From: Octopus sinensis
Taxonomy: Eukaryota
Assembly (NCBI RefSeq): GCF_006345805.1
Contig: NC_042998.1
Location: forward strand, 90,086,001-90,150,000
Length of the DNA: 64,000 bases
Direction of reading: 5' to 3'
Shown here: in pieces, positions 38,166-51,964 of the stretch
Numbering within the stretch: the first letter of the stretch is position 1
How the letters are laid out: every line of letters begins with the position of its first letter
Made by a program: the position numbers and the translations under genes
Notes under the pieces: model-generated
The model's database searches: none
Told to the model about the DNA's origin: nothing
The model's input: only the letters and a program-made list of their open reading frames with translations

Positions 38166-38732
38166 TTAATGCCCCGACCTTTACTAGAACTCCTTCCCTA
38201 TTACAACATCCTCTTCATCTCATCCTCCCAAAAGTTTGGGACCAACATCGCCCTCACCGCTTTCACAGCGGTAGCTTACAAGAACAACAACAATTAATTT
38301 CAAAAGCCGCAACAAGAACAACATCAGCATCAGCAGCATCGATATACGCAGCAGCAGCAGCAGCGGCAATATAACACTTGTAGCTTTATGTGTTATGTGA
38401 CGGACGGTGGCTCAAGTGCGTGTGAGTAGTTAAAGAGACTGATATCGTGCTTTTCATTTCTAAACACCCACTACCTCGCTTTCTATCTGTCTGCCTATCT
38501 ATCTCTCATATCTCACTCTCACTCTTTCTCTCGCCCTCCCTTTTATTCATACATATATTCTCTCTTTCTACACAAGTTACGTTTTCCCATTCTTTCTCCT
38601 TTTTTCTTCCTTTTTGCTGTTTGACGAGGCGGAGAAAAGCCTGTGTTACGTGCACACGCTTCCACTTCACGCCTTCATTTGTCGCATCCAGCAGTTTACA
38701 TACAACAAAGTTTACATACAAACTTGGGTTGC

Positions 38733-38839
38733 ATGGCGATGGCACTGATTGATCGATTCTCTGCGAAGCTGCCTCGGTATTTTACCATTTTTATAGTTTT
38801 TCTGCCACTTCTCGTCCACTCGAAACTTTTTAGAAATGG
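38733..38839 (+). CDS. Candidate first coding exon with a signal-peptide-like N-terminus (host gene, unidentified)
   Basis: ATG-started MAMALIDRFSAKLPRYFTIFIVFLPLLVHSKLFRN(G) in non-repetitive sequence, ending at a consensus donor GG|GTAAGT (38840). Confidence 0.4.
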
Positions 38840-39127
38840 GTAAGTTATTAACCAAATTTAAATTTTCTGCTTCAAATTCTCGCCACCCAGAATAAATGTT
38901 TTAAATATGTTCAGTGTGATTAGTTGGCACGTATGTGCTTCTTGTGAATAAATGTGAATGTCAAAACATATTTAAAGGTAATTTGTGATGTAATGTGTAT
39001 TCATATTTATATAGGTGAATGTATATGTTAAAATTTGTGTAAACATTAGTAAACACACATACATACATACATACATACAGGTATACATACATACATACAT
39101 ACATACATACATACATGCATACATACA

Positions 39128-39178
<51 letters not shown>

Positions 39179-39348
39179 ATATAAATGTATATATATATAA
39201 TATAAATGTATATATATGTAGATACATATATATGTGTATATGCACACATAGACACGCACACACAGGCACACATTCAACACATATAAACATACATACATAC
39301 TTACATATGCACAAACATTATACGCTCGCGCACGTGTGTGTGTGTGTG

Positions 39349-39383
<35 letters not shown>

Positions 39384-39633
39384 TAAGAGTGTGTGTACCT
39401 ACATATATTAGGCTAATTTAGAAGTAATAAACATCCATTAACAATTAATGTTATGCCTGTAAACTTATATCAGTCCCTGCATCTCTGCATTAATATTAGG
39501 CAGGAATATATGTGCGAGCATGGATATTGTTCTGTAGGTCTTTTATCAATTAGATACTGGTGCGAATTCGGTATTTATGTATATGCTTGTCTGTAGGCAT
39601 GTATTAAAATATGCAGGCACACATGTTGTAGTA

Positions 39634-39686
<53 letters not shown>

Positions 39687-39949
39687 TATATATTATATAT
39701 ATATATATATATATACATATGTATGTTTATATATATATATATATGTATGTATGTATATAGATGTGTGTGTGTGTATGGGAGTGAACGAAAGGGGTATGTA
39801 CAATGTATGTGAAAGTGTGAGAGTCGACAGACTTTTTAATTATTTCTGAGTCCCTGTCATTAGTTTAACATCAGACATACATACGTGTGTGTGTGTGTGT
39901 GTGTGAATATATACAGGTAAATATATAGATAGTGATATATATATATATG

Positions 39950-40500
39950 CCATTGTAATTATTCAGTTTATTTCAAGATTTCTTGCCAATAGAGAAAGAA
40001 CCGGTTTCTAACCTAGATCCAAGGCTCCTTCATTGGAATTTCAACATCAACAACAGAGTATTTTTGTTTGTATGTATGTATGTATGTATGTATGTATGTA
40101 TGTATGTATGTATGTATGTATGTATGTATGTATGTATGTATGTATGTATGTATGTATGTATGTATGTGCACATTTGTATGATTTGTGTATGTATTCTCAT
40201 GCATATAGTTGTATATCTAGACATGCTCATATATATTTAAATGATAAACTTCAAGAAAGTTTTACAGATTTTTGCAGTTCCACTGATGGATTGGATCTGT
40301 AGTCTTCGAATTAGCTTTCTCCTTTCTGGCTTTGAGAAGCCTAATTTCTCAAGATTATTATTTAGGCAGTGTGTTTACATATTCCAGGGCTTCAAAAATT
40401 ACAGGTATAGACCTGAACTTGTAATTTGGATTAAGTAACTGCAGATTTTTCAGTAGTTCAGCATAGCTGTTCTCTTTTTCACTGATTTTCAGCTTTATTG
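39950..40500 (-). mobile_element. RLE-type (R4/Dong-like) LINE 3' end, split by (TATG)n
   Basis: Minus strand EKENSYAELLKNLQLLNPNYKFRSIPVIFEALEYV...LQIQSISGTAKICKTF, a typical RLE C-terminus. Confidence 0.65.
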
Positions 40501-40534
<34 letters not shown>

Positions 40535-40689
40535 TATGTATGTATGTATGTATGTATGCATGCATGTATTATGTATGTATGTATGTATGTATGTATGTAT
40601 GTATGTATGTATGTATGTATGTGATAAAACCTCAACGATATACTTGCGATATAATGGACCATTCTGCTCAACTTTTTTTACAATATGTG

Positions 40690-40905
40690 TGTGTGTGTGT
40701 GTGTTTGTTCCCCTAGCATTGCTTCACAACCGATGCTGGTGTGTTTATGTCCCCGTAACTTAGCGGATCGGCAAAAGACCCCGATAGAATAAGTACTAGG
40801 CTTACAAAGAATAAGTCCCGGGGTCGATTTGCTCGACTGAATGCGGTGCTCCAGCATGGCCGCAGTCAAATGACTGAAACAAGTAAAAGAGAGTAAAAGA
40901 GAGTA
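40690..40905 (+). mobile_element. SINE A 3' half
   Basis: 'caaccgatgctggtgtgtttatgtccccgtaacttagcgg...aatgactgaaacaagtaaaagag'. Confidence 0.85.
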
Positions 40906-41059
40906 AGACCATTAGATGCTCCAGTCGGGTTTTGGAGCCGGCCAATCGACGTAGCTTGAGGCATTACACTGCTGGAAGCTTACAAAATGCAGTATTCCTC
41001 ATCTTTTTATATTGGGGGGTGTGGGGGTCTATTAAACAGGTTTAGGTCCTATTCTCACC

Positions 41060-41275
41060 TCGGGTCCTTCTTACTCTTACAGTTTATCTCGAGTCCACAA
41101 CGTAATAGGACGAAGCTTATCCCATTTACTGCAGCATTTAAGCGACAGCGAGCATGAGGCAACCCATTGAATTGGATGGACACTTGTCATTCGCAGTGTT
41201 AACTCCTAGCTACTGTTGGTAGCACATCGCCCGGACCGGGAATCGAACCCAACCTTATTGATGGTGCGAGCCATC
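41060..41275 (-). mobile_element. Degenerate tRNA-derived SINE (another family)
   Basis: Minus-strand B box 'ggttcgattcccggtccggg'. Confidence 0.45.
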
Positions 41276-41318
41276 ATCTTCTATGTTTCCCTCTCTTTCA
41301 CTCTCTCTCTCTCTCTCC

Positions 41319-41357
<39 letters not shown>

Positions 41358-41489
41358 CCTATCTCTCACTGACACTTTCTGTACACTGTCATTTCGTATT
41401 TTATTTCAACAGTCTTTTGTTTTTATAGAAATAAGAGAAATGACTGCATGCTTGCAAGCACGTATTCATTCATTCTTATGCATTCATAA

Positions 41490-41805
41490 GGCGGCTAGCT
41501 GGCAGAAACGTTAGCACGCCGGGCAAAATGCTTAGCGGTATTTCCTCTGCCGTTACGTTCTCAGTTCAAATTCCGCCGAGGTCGACTTTGTCTTTCATCC
41601 TCTCGGGGTCGATTAAATAAGTACCAATTACGCACTGGGGTCGATATAATCGAATTAATCCGCTTGCCTGTCCTTGTTTGTCCTCTCTGTGTTTAGCCCC
41701 TTGTGGGTAGTAAAGAAATAGGTATTTCGTCTGCCGTTACGTTCTGAGTTCAAATTTCTCCGAGGTCGACTTTGCCTTTCATCCTCTCGGGATCGATTAA
41801 ATAAG
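41490..41805 (+). mobile_element. SINE B dimeric variant
   Basis: Full head and core, tail 'ttagccccttgtgggtagtaaagaaat', then a second core; matches 52830-53210. Confidence 0.88.
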
Positions 41806-41807
41806 TC

Positions 41808-41895
41808 CCATTTACCCAAGGTACCACGCAGTTGGAGTGAACCCAGAACCTTATGGTTAGGAAGCAAGCTTCTAACCACACCGCCACTTCTGCGC
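41808..41895 (-). mobile_element. SINE A head
   Basis: 'cccaaggtaccacgcagt..gaacccagaaccttatggtt..cacaccgccacttctgcgc'. Confidence 0.65.
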
Positions 41896-42109
41896 TTATG
41901 ACACACAATCCTATTAGAATTTAGTGTGTGTGTGTGTGTACATTGCCGGAGGTGACACACCTGTTGTGCCATATAAATATAATTTTTTAATTTAATTATT
42001 TGCAAATTAGGTGTTTAATGGCATCTATTTTTATATTTGATTATCCCCTCAGTCGAATACTAGTTACACACATGATACACACCTACACACACGCACATGT
42101 GTGTTTTAG

Positions 42110-42300
42110 AGTACCGCCTGGAGCACCGCCTTTAGTCGAGCGAATCGACCCCAGGACTTATTCTTTGTAAGCGTAGTACTTATTCTATCGGTCACTTTTG
42201 CCGAACCGCTAAGTTACGGGGATGTAAACACACCAGCATCGGTTGTCAAGCGATGTTGGGGGTGGGGGGACAAACACAGACACACAAACATACACACACA
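42110..42300 (-). mobile_element. SINE A 3' half
   Basis: 'ggagcaccgcctttagtcgagcgaatcgaccccaggacttattctttgtaagc'. Confidence 0.8.
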
Positions 42301-42480
42301 CACACATACACACACACATATATATACTTATATATATATACATTTATACGAATACACATACATATATATTGAATAATTGTATAGATATACATAGTGTGGA
42401 GATAGTGACAGAAAGAGAGAGTGAGGGACAGAGTAGAGATTGAGAGAGAAGGAAAGAGTGAGAAAGTGAAGAGAGAGTGA

Positions 42481-42532
<52 letters not shown>

Positions 42533-42734
42533 ATGAAAGAAAGACAGGCAGACTGAAAAAGAAGGAAGGAAAAGAGAATGAAAGAAAAAACAAAGATAGA
42601 AAGATTGTAGTAAAGTTAAGTGACATGTGACGAAAGAAATAGAAACAAACGAGTCATTCAACTGCGTATTTCAGTTGCGTTCGAATGTAGATTAGCAGAT
42701 CTGGGGAAATTTACCTGCATGTCTGTATATGGAA

Positions 42735-42898
42735 TGTGTATGTATGTATGTATGTATGTATGTATGTATGTATGTATGTATGTATGTATGTATGTATGTA
42801 TGTACATGTATGTATGTATGTATGTATGTATGTATGTATGTATGTATGTATGTGTGTATGTGTGTATGTATGTATATACATGTATGTATGTATGTATG

Positions 42899-42930
<32 letters not shown>

Positions 42931-43000
42931 TGTATGTATGTATGTACGTATGTATGTATGTATGTATGTATGTATGTATGTATGTATGTATGTATGTACA
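42735..43000. repeat. (TATG)n microsatellite
   Basis: Seen directly; similar tracts at 16345, 40070, 40505, 43710, 45850 and 63930. Confidence 0.95.
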
Positions 43001-43039
43001 TGCATGCGTGTGAGTATGTATGTACATAAATATGCTTGA

Positions 43040-43330
43040 AAGCGCGTGGATTTGTGGTTAGGGGTATTCGTGATTTCGATTCCCTCGGCGCGTTGTGTCC
43101 TTGAGCAAGGCACTTTATTTCACGTTACACCAAACCACTCAGCTGGCAAAATTTGTTTGTACCAGTAATTCAAGGGCCAACCTTGTCACATTCTGGGGCA
43201 GGCTGAATCTCGCTGAGAATTACGTTAAGGGTACTCGTGTCTGTGAAATGCCCAGCCGCTAACATGTTGAGTTCACGAACAGGCCGTTCCGTTGCTCGGA
43301 TCATCTGGAACATTCGTCGTCGTAACCAAC
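43040..43330 (+). mobile_element. SINE C-related element
   Basis: 'gcgcgtgg..tgtggttaggg..ttcgattcc..gcgttgtgtccttgagcaaggcactttatttcac..cactcagctgg'. Confidence 0.65.
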
Positions 43331-43342
43331 AGTGGCAATGTA

Positions 43343-43396
<54 letters not shown>

Positions 43397-43661
43397 TATT
43401 TTTTTTTATAGGGAGTATAACTCCAAACTTACAGGGAAAAATTAAATTTAGTATTAAATCAAATTTCACAATATAAATATATATAAAATATAAATTAGAG
43501 ATAAAACCACTATTATGCAACTCAAACAGTGATAGACATAAACTAAAACATAAATAACAAATAAAATATATTTTTATAAAATATATAACTAGATCTCAAA
43601 AAGTATAAAAATGAATAATCAATATATAATAAGTAAAAAAAAACTACTATATATATATATA

Positions 43662-43699
<38 letters not shown>

Positions 43700-43751
43700 T
43701 GCATATGTACATACATACATACATACATACATACATACATACATACATACA

Positions 43752-43783
<32 letters not shown>

Positions 43784-44039
43784 CGCGTATAAACACACAC
43801 CTACACCGTAGCGGCAGTTTGACAAAGTAGACAATTGCTGTGGTAAAGAAAAATCCCCACAAATGCTTTCAATACAGTTTTAACTGAAAGATTTGGAAGA
43901 ATTAGATGAAAGTTCTCCAGTAATTTTCTTTCAAATAATTAAATACCTATGTTGATTAAAAAAAAATTGTCATATTTAAAAACTTATTAAGTATTAATAT
44001 GATATTGTTACATAAAATGTGAACCTTTTAAAGTAGACA

Positions 44040-45025
44040 GCATGTTGGCGGAATAGCTAGAGTAACTAACAGAATGTTTTGCATCATTCAATCGGGCTCA
44101 TCGCATTCTGAATTCAACGTCCACCAGTGGAATTCTCTTTCATCATTTCGAGGTCAATAAATAAAGTACAAATCTAATACTGGAATTATTTTTCTTCTAC
44201 CTCTTGTCTGTTTATCTGTCTGTTTGTTTGTCTGTCTCTCCCTCACTCTCTTTATCACACGCCCCCTTACTCACTTTTTTTTATCGAACCCGAAAAAATG
44301 GAAGGCAAAGTCGAGCTCGGCGAAATTTGAACTCAGAACATAAAGACGGACGAAATGCCGCTAAGTATTTTGCCCGACGTACTAACGAATCTGCCAGCTC
44401 ACCACATTTTTACCCATGTTAATATTGAGTTCAAATTTTGGCACAAGGCCTGCAATTTCGGGGGAGGGGTATGTTGATTACATTGACCCCGGCACTCACC
44501 CTGAGAGGGTGAAAGTCGACCACGGAGAAATTTGAAATCAGATGGACGAAATGCCCGTAAGCATTCAGCCAGCTCGCCGCCTTAACCCATCTTAATATTA
44601 ACCACTTTTTTATTGATGATTTTAGCAGCAAGTGTTTCTAATTTAGACAAGAAATTTTGAGATGGCAGTTTATCCGATACATCCGACTTCAGAACTTGAT
44701 TGGAACTTTATTTTATCAAACGCAGAGGGATGAAAGGCAAAGTTGAACTCGTGTGCAGGGTGGGGGGTCAGAATGTAAAGAGTCGGAATAAATACCACGA
44801 AACATTGTTTCCCAGTGTTTGGCTGGTAATTATTTTGTCGACTCCTGAAGGATGAAACACAAAGATGTCCTCGTCATCATTTGAATTGAGAACTACAAGT
44901 GTTGGAACTTTCTCCGGATGAATTTTATCGGAGAGAGTATAGCTAATAGATTTGAACTCAAAACGTAAAGGGTCCATGTTTAAATATCGCAAGGCGCTAT
45001 AACGATTCTGTGAATCCACCGCCTG
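44040..45025. mobile_element. Cluster of at least 4 degenerate SINE B copies (first on plus, rest on minus)
   Basis: Repeated 'gaaaggcaaagt.ga' and 'atttgaactca' motifs. Confidence 0.6.
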
Positions 45026-47515
45026 CAGAGTTAATAACGCAGGATATAGTTTGACGATTCAATGAATTGTGATGTCCCAACAACTTTACTCATTAATGTA
45101 ACTTGTATGTTAGTAAAAAAAATATCAAGTGCTTCCCCGAACTTCATTTCTCCCTCATTCAATTCTCCTCTTTCTACTCCCATCTGATTCTATCCCTTCT
45201 CTCTCTATCTCCTCTCCCCTCTCTTCTTCCGCCGCTTTCCCCCTTCCATTCACTACTGGGCAGACGATAAGTATTAACCGATTTCAAGGCATGAATTCGG
45301 TATTGATAAGGAGAACGTACACGCTAACACTAGGCTATGTAAGGTGTATGTGTCAGGATGGAGGCGAGGGAGGGATGAATACTAGCCTTGATGATGGGGT
45401 GGTGGGGATAGTTATTATGGTGGGTCAAACAAATGTAGTCCATTTTTCTTCTTTTCTCCTTCGCCGTCACAATCATTGTTTCTACTGATACTGTCATTTT
45501 GGTCACATTCATCACTACCACTACCACCACCATACTCTTCCACTTATTTTGTTCTTAATCCATGTCGTCCCCTTCTTCCTCCTCCTCCTCCTCTTCTTAC
45601 TACTACTACTACTACTACTCATGTAGATAAGCTAACATATGGAACAGGTTACCCTTGCCTTTGATGGTTTACGAATTAATTACACTTCAATTAATTAGCT
45701 CGTCAATTAATTTAGAAGACAGGCTCCAATCTATAGAATTTAGTATCTTATGTGCATTTGAAAATTTTTATTTCTTCGTACCCCTGTGAATCCTATTGCG
45801 TGTGGGGGAGGGGTTTACTATGTCATTTCAATGCTCACACGCTCACATAATACATACATACATGCATGCATACATACATACATACATACGTACATACATA
45901 CATACATACGTACATACATACATACATACATACATACATACATACATACATACATACATACATACATACATACACACATGATGGCTGCAACTCAGTTTCA
46001 AGCAATGCATTGCTCGATTGTCCTCTTAAAGCAGCAGACTTTTGCACAGATGTGGCAACGACAGGCGCCTTGTGAAGCAAGTTTTCAGAGTTATCACCCA
46101 CACTGGCGTATGCCTTCATTCTATCATGAATTTTTTCATTGAAAGCTTTGTTTAGGCTGCGACCAGTCATAGTATACAATGCATTACAGAGATGATTAAA
46201 AAAAAAAACAGGTGTTGCTTGTGCTTGAAATTTTTAAAGTGAAGGAAGGTTTTACACAGGGCCAATCCATTTCTCTAACAAAAGTATGTATTTACCCCAA
46301 AAGAGCTAGTCTATATCACTAAATGCAAACTAAGTCGCAGGTGATACATCAGACATTTCCTTCTCCAAGGAGATGTCCATTAAGACAACTCGTGTAACTA
46401 GGGGTCTCTCACTCCCAGTTTTTGGATGGTCGTTAGTTCTATTGAATTCATGCACTCCTTTGGGGGTTTATTTTGTTTTCTGTCCTGCAGAGTGTCCAAC
46501 GAAACCATCCTCCTTATAATGCAGGCTTGGTAGAGTTGCCAGTTTAGTCGCCGAAGGACCAACGGACCGACGACGCGATAGTTTGTATCGGGTTATATGT
46601 TACCAGTAGCATAAAATGTGGTCTGGCATACACATACATACTTACATACATATATGGATATATACACATATATACATATGTGTGTGTGCGTGTGTGTTTA
46701 TGTATTTATGTATATATGTATATTCACGCACACACATGCTCGCGAGTACACACACACATATATACATCAAAATTATCATGAGGTCACATGGTGTGACCTT
46801 ATTGTGTTAAGTGAAGATTTTGTGAGTGTATGTGTGTGTGCTCATTCCATTTATTAAAGCAATAAGTGACTAATTATGTAGTTGAACAGATTTTACGTTT
46901 GAGAGACGAATGGCCTAATTACCGTCTCGACGATAATGAGAAAGTTTGGTCACCCAGTATCTATGACGTCTGTTCTCGAATTGGCTCGGTCGGTTCGAAT
47001 TTTCCCACCTTACTTGGTGACCTTTCTCACGTTATTTGATGGTGGTGGTTGTGGTGGAAGTAAAGAAGGAGAAGAAGATGCAAGGGGTGGTGTTGATAAT
47101 GTTTGTTGGGTGTGTTGATGGTTGTAATGATGGTGCTAGGCGCTGTACATACATAGGCGTATACATGGCTAGACGTGCATATATGGCTACGTTGTTAAGA
47201 AGCGCACATCGCAACAGCGTGCTATAGGGTCAAATCATACTTTGCGGCGCCTGGTGCAAGTGCCTTCCAAGTCCTTGGGAGTGAAAATTGGTAAATGAAA
47301 ATTATGAAAAGCCGTTGTAAGGGCTGTTTTTCTTTTGGAGCTGTTACGCCAAATCTGTCACCCAGTTTAACACTACCTACTGGTTGTCTTTTGTGATGGT
47401 CATATATTGCAAAAATCCGGGTGAAGTCTTCGGTTTTGGGATAACTTCTAACTTTCCTCCGAAAGAAAAGTCGTAGCAACTGCCCTTCTTCTTCTCACTA
47501 AAACAAAGGCGCGCG

Positions 47516-47592
<77 letters not shown>

Positions 47593-47629
47593 AACACACA
47601 CACATTACATATTATATTGTATCACGAGA

Positions 47630-47812
47630 TGACGGAATCGTTAGCAGGCCAGGCAAAATGCTTAGCGGCATTTCGTCAAATTCTGCCAAATCGACTTTGC
47701 CTTTTAGCCCTCTGAGGTCGAAAGATAAGTGCCAGTTAAGTACTGAGATCAATGTAATCGATTTACTCGTCCTCCTGAACTTGCTGGCCCTATGCCAAAA
47801 TTTGAAACCAGT
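47630..47812 (+). mobile_element. SINE B, internally deleted
   Basis: 'gaatcgttagc..gccaggcaaaatgcttagcggcatttcg...gccaaaatttgaaacca'. Confidence 0.75.
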
Positions 47813-48041
47813 ATTATATTTCTCTTAGCTTAACACGTGCTATCAATTTTTTTTATACTGAATATTCAGATTAAAGGCTCTTTGTTTCACTCCTCAAATT
47901 TAGTGTGAAAATTGATCATGTGAAGCTTAGAGTTACGAAATTTGAATTTTAGTTTTAATAAACACATTTTGACACTCACCTTCGAATGTTGAGTACTCTC
48001 TTATCTATTTGTACTTAAGTGTTTCTTTGTGTGAGTACGTG

Positions 48042-48074
<33 letters not shown>

Positions 48075-49914
48075 CTGTGTGTGTGTGTGTGTGAGTGCAT
48101 GTGTGTGTGTACATACCCCGTTCATGTATTTGTATGAATACATGAAGTGAATACAGTTCTAAATTTAAAAGATGAGGAATTATGTACATTATTTACATCA
48201 TTTACATTTGTGTTAACAACAAACAAGATGTTTGTCAAATGTAAATAATGTAAATAATGTACATAGAGTAAAGTTCTAGCGAGAAGTTTTATAGCAGTAT
48301 AATTGTTCACTAGATTAAATAGAATTCATTATTCTTCAGGTCTATAACATATTCTATTCGCTACGCTCATCACGCAGGTCAATGATTTTGTGTTAATTTG
48401 ATTGATGTAATCAATATAATCGACCCTATTACTATATCCAGAGGAATGTATACTCGGAACAGTGAGTCACCGAACCATCTAAATTTTTTCAGTACTGGTA
48501 CGACTATATGTATATGACCATGTGGCAGCTGTTCTATGTAGACGATACTCAGAACCATCCATGCAAATGAAGACCTCCAGTCTAGAAAAGCCTTGAAAAA
48601 TATATGGGCTGAAAGAAATGAGGTGAATAGTTTCACCGAATAAATGGTTCAGCTAGTAGGCAAGTGCTCTTACAGCGTTCCGAATTCTCTACTACTTCTA
48701 CGTTGTGAGAAGTACTACTCCGCCACTTGTATAAATGACACTTCAGTAGAATGGTCACCTAACTTCGTCAATATTTTTTGCCCTAGTTACTTCATTAAAA
48801 GTACAATACGTTATTAAAAGTTTCCTTAGGAATCATTAGATAAAATATGAGATTTCTTATTTTAGAAAACTGAAGACTAAAATAACTTCAGCACAAAATA
48901 AAATGGAATCAACATTTAGACTTTCAGTGACAAAGGTTTAAGTCTGTGCCGGACGTGCACAAATAGAACACAGTAGTCAACTCAACAAGCTGAGCAAATC
49001 GTTCCGGAAGATTGTGTTCAGAACAGAGGAAGCCTTACACTATCTGCAATCGGCCCGGAAAGAACTTTACTTCCTATATTCATACAAACACGATAGAAGG
49101 TTGCATAAAACACACCCACGCACACACATAGACTAGCTCGTACATACACATGTATGCACAATATCATCGCCCACAAACGCTACAGTCTCTATCACCCGCA
49201 GCTTTCATCCCTCCTTCTTCTTCTCTTCCTTCTCCTCCTCCTCCTCTTCCTCCCCCTTCTTCTTCGGCCATTATTTTGTTTTACATCATTATCACTATCC
49301 TTCTCAAGGTCATGATTACCGTCGTTGTTGTCGCTGGTATAGTTGTCGTCGTCGTCGTCATCGTCGTCGTCGTAGTCGTGGTCGTTGTCGTCGTCGTCGT
49401 TGTCGTCGTTATCGTCATCATCGAAGTCGTCACTATTCATTGATTTCACTGGATTCCAACCGTTATGACTAGTTCCCGATTGGTTCAATTATCCGTTTGG
49501 CCACTTTAGAGTTCTGCTATTTCTTTCAGTGGTACCCAGAGATCTATTATTTTTTTTTTTATGACTGAGGAATTAAAGAGATGTGAAGTGAACCCTGGAT
49601 TTGTCATTTGTATAAACCTACGTTATCTAATAACTGCAGCGTAGTTATTAGATAATCGTCTGATTACTTAATATCCTAGGCGGAGCCGATTAGTAAGATG
49701 GGCTATAATGGATCTATAATACTGAACAAACACATTTGTGGACTCTGATCCAACCCAGACCTCGCACATTAGTTTTAAACATACAAGCAACAAATCTTTT
49801 CCAAGATACTGTATTTCAGTCCTTATCCATAACCCATTTTTGTTATCCGGGCTACTCTCTGTATTAAGATATTTTACCCTGTAAAGTGGTGTCTGCTAAT
49901 GTAGATTTAACCCT

Positions 49915-49985
<71 letters not shown>

Positions 49986-49999
49986 CTCTACCAGCTGCT

Positions 50000-51341
50000 T
50001 CTTCCATTTGAATATCAGCAACAAAACTTCTAGTAATTTCCTTCCCCTATTCTTCTAAAATATATTTCCTTCTTCTAAGGTTCTCCGAATTCCATCAACC
50101 AATAATAGCTCTTCAACCAATATTTCTTCCAGCATTCACGATATATACCTCACTATATCTCTTCTCAAAGTCATTGTCCTCTGTGATGTCTTCTTGGCTC
50201 CGACACTCATCCCACGCTGATGCTGTCGTTAAGAAACCAAATCTTTTGTAATCTTCTGCTTATTACATCCGTTAAATTCTTCACATCCACGATAAACACA
50301 CAAATACTCCTTGTTCTCTTCCTCACCTCTAAATACAACCAAATCATCTACCAAACCATCACTGTCTGCGCACCTATCAGGTCAGCCAAACATTGCCTTA
50401 TCACAACAACGTAATACCTCTATACGTTGCCTGGACTCTTGGCTCTTCAAATCAACTGACTTGCGCAGCTCTATTAGTTCTAATCTTGGCAATGACTCTT
50501 CACCCATATATATATTTCTTTACTACCCACAAGGGGCTAAACACAGAGGGGACAAATAAGGACAGACAAACGGATTAAGTCGATTCCATCGACCCCAGTG
50601 CGTAACTGGTACTTAATTTATCGACCCCGAAAGGATGAAAGGCAAAGTCAACCTCGGCGGAATTTGAACTCAGAACGTAACGGCAGACGAAATACGGCTT
50701 CGCATTTCGCCCGGCGTGCTAACGTTTCTGCCAGCTCGCCGCCTGAGTGACTGAAACTACAATGTCCTACTTCTCACACAATTCATATACCTAAATCTAT
50801 TTCTGAATTTCTGCAACGCTGCAATTCAGTACATACACACATCCCACATCATTTAAAGAAAATCTTCTCCCCTAAAAGCTGAACGACTTTTACTCACTAC
50901 TACAATTCCGGCAAGATCATCATTCAAGCCCTAAAGGATTTCCCAGTTGATCACAGAGCCCGGAAGCATTATTTCCCCACAAACTGCAACCGATCCCTTT
51001 TGTCCCTCGCCAAAATGATCCCTACTTTCTGGAATCCCATTTTTCTTCACAATTCACCCATGATATTATTCCATACAGTACCCTAGAGGAGAGAGCTCAA
51101 CATTTGAGGCTTACTTTGTATTCAAGTCCATACTGCACCATCAGAGAAATATCCTCCATCATACATAATAATCTCTTTCCAGTCCATCAGATTCACTCTC
51201 AAACCTACTTCTGCTGTCAGCAAACCAACAACACCATCGGCCTTGTCAATGTCATTTTCCATCCTCATAAACAATGTGCTTCAGAGCTACCCTCTTTCAT
51301 CAAATTCTTCAAGCTCACATTTCCCCTGCACTCTCTCTCTC

Positions 51342-51383
<42 letters not shown>

Positions 51384-51405
51384 GCTATTTCTATCTCTCT
51401 TTCTC

Positions 51406-51452
<47 letters not shown>

Positions 51453-51760
51453 ACATATATATATATAGCTCCCTCTCTCTCCCTCTCTCTCCCTCTCTCT
51501 ATCTCTCCATCTCGCTCTGTAGCTATCTGTTCTTATATTTAGAAGCACATTACAGTATAGCCCAGAAGGATATTTTGCAAATCCTTCAAACTATAATACC
51601 GAATTATGTCTATTCCCCAGACCCTACACTAACCGCTATGCTCAATTCTTCCACCCTCAGAACATTGCCCCAATTGCCTCCCTTCCACCACAGCTTTTTC
51701 CTACAGCCATAGATTTAAAACTATTCAAGAGGAATGCTAACCGCGTTAATCTCACTAATT
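50000..51760 (+). pseudogene. Heavily decayed CR1/L2-group LINE, interrupted by a SINE and (CT)n
   Basis: The 3' part PRPYTNRYAQFF..SLPPQLFPTAIDLKLFKRNAN parallels the 36590 remnant; the upstream part is only weakly supported by composition. Confidence 0.4.
50515..50743 (-). mobile_element. SINE B, young full-length copy
   Basis: Near-exact reverse complement of 52830-53060. Confidence 0.9.
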
Positions 51761-51964
51761 TCAGAAAATCTTCGAAGGTTTTCATATTCAGCTCCCTTCT
51801 TCTAGACCAAAACATTTTGTTTTACTTTCTTTAAAAACCTAATGATACAATTATATGACAGTATAATATGTTATTTTATAGAATAATAGAATAGTGACGT
51901 ACCTTTTGTAGATGGATGTTTGTAAAAAACTTTAGCTCTTTTCAATATAGCCTTCGTTAATATT

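Noticed and set aside
42620-43113. MYVC/HTYI repeat ORFs here and throughout the window
   Set aside because: Translations of (TATG)n, (TA)n and (CA)n microsatellites.
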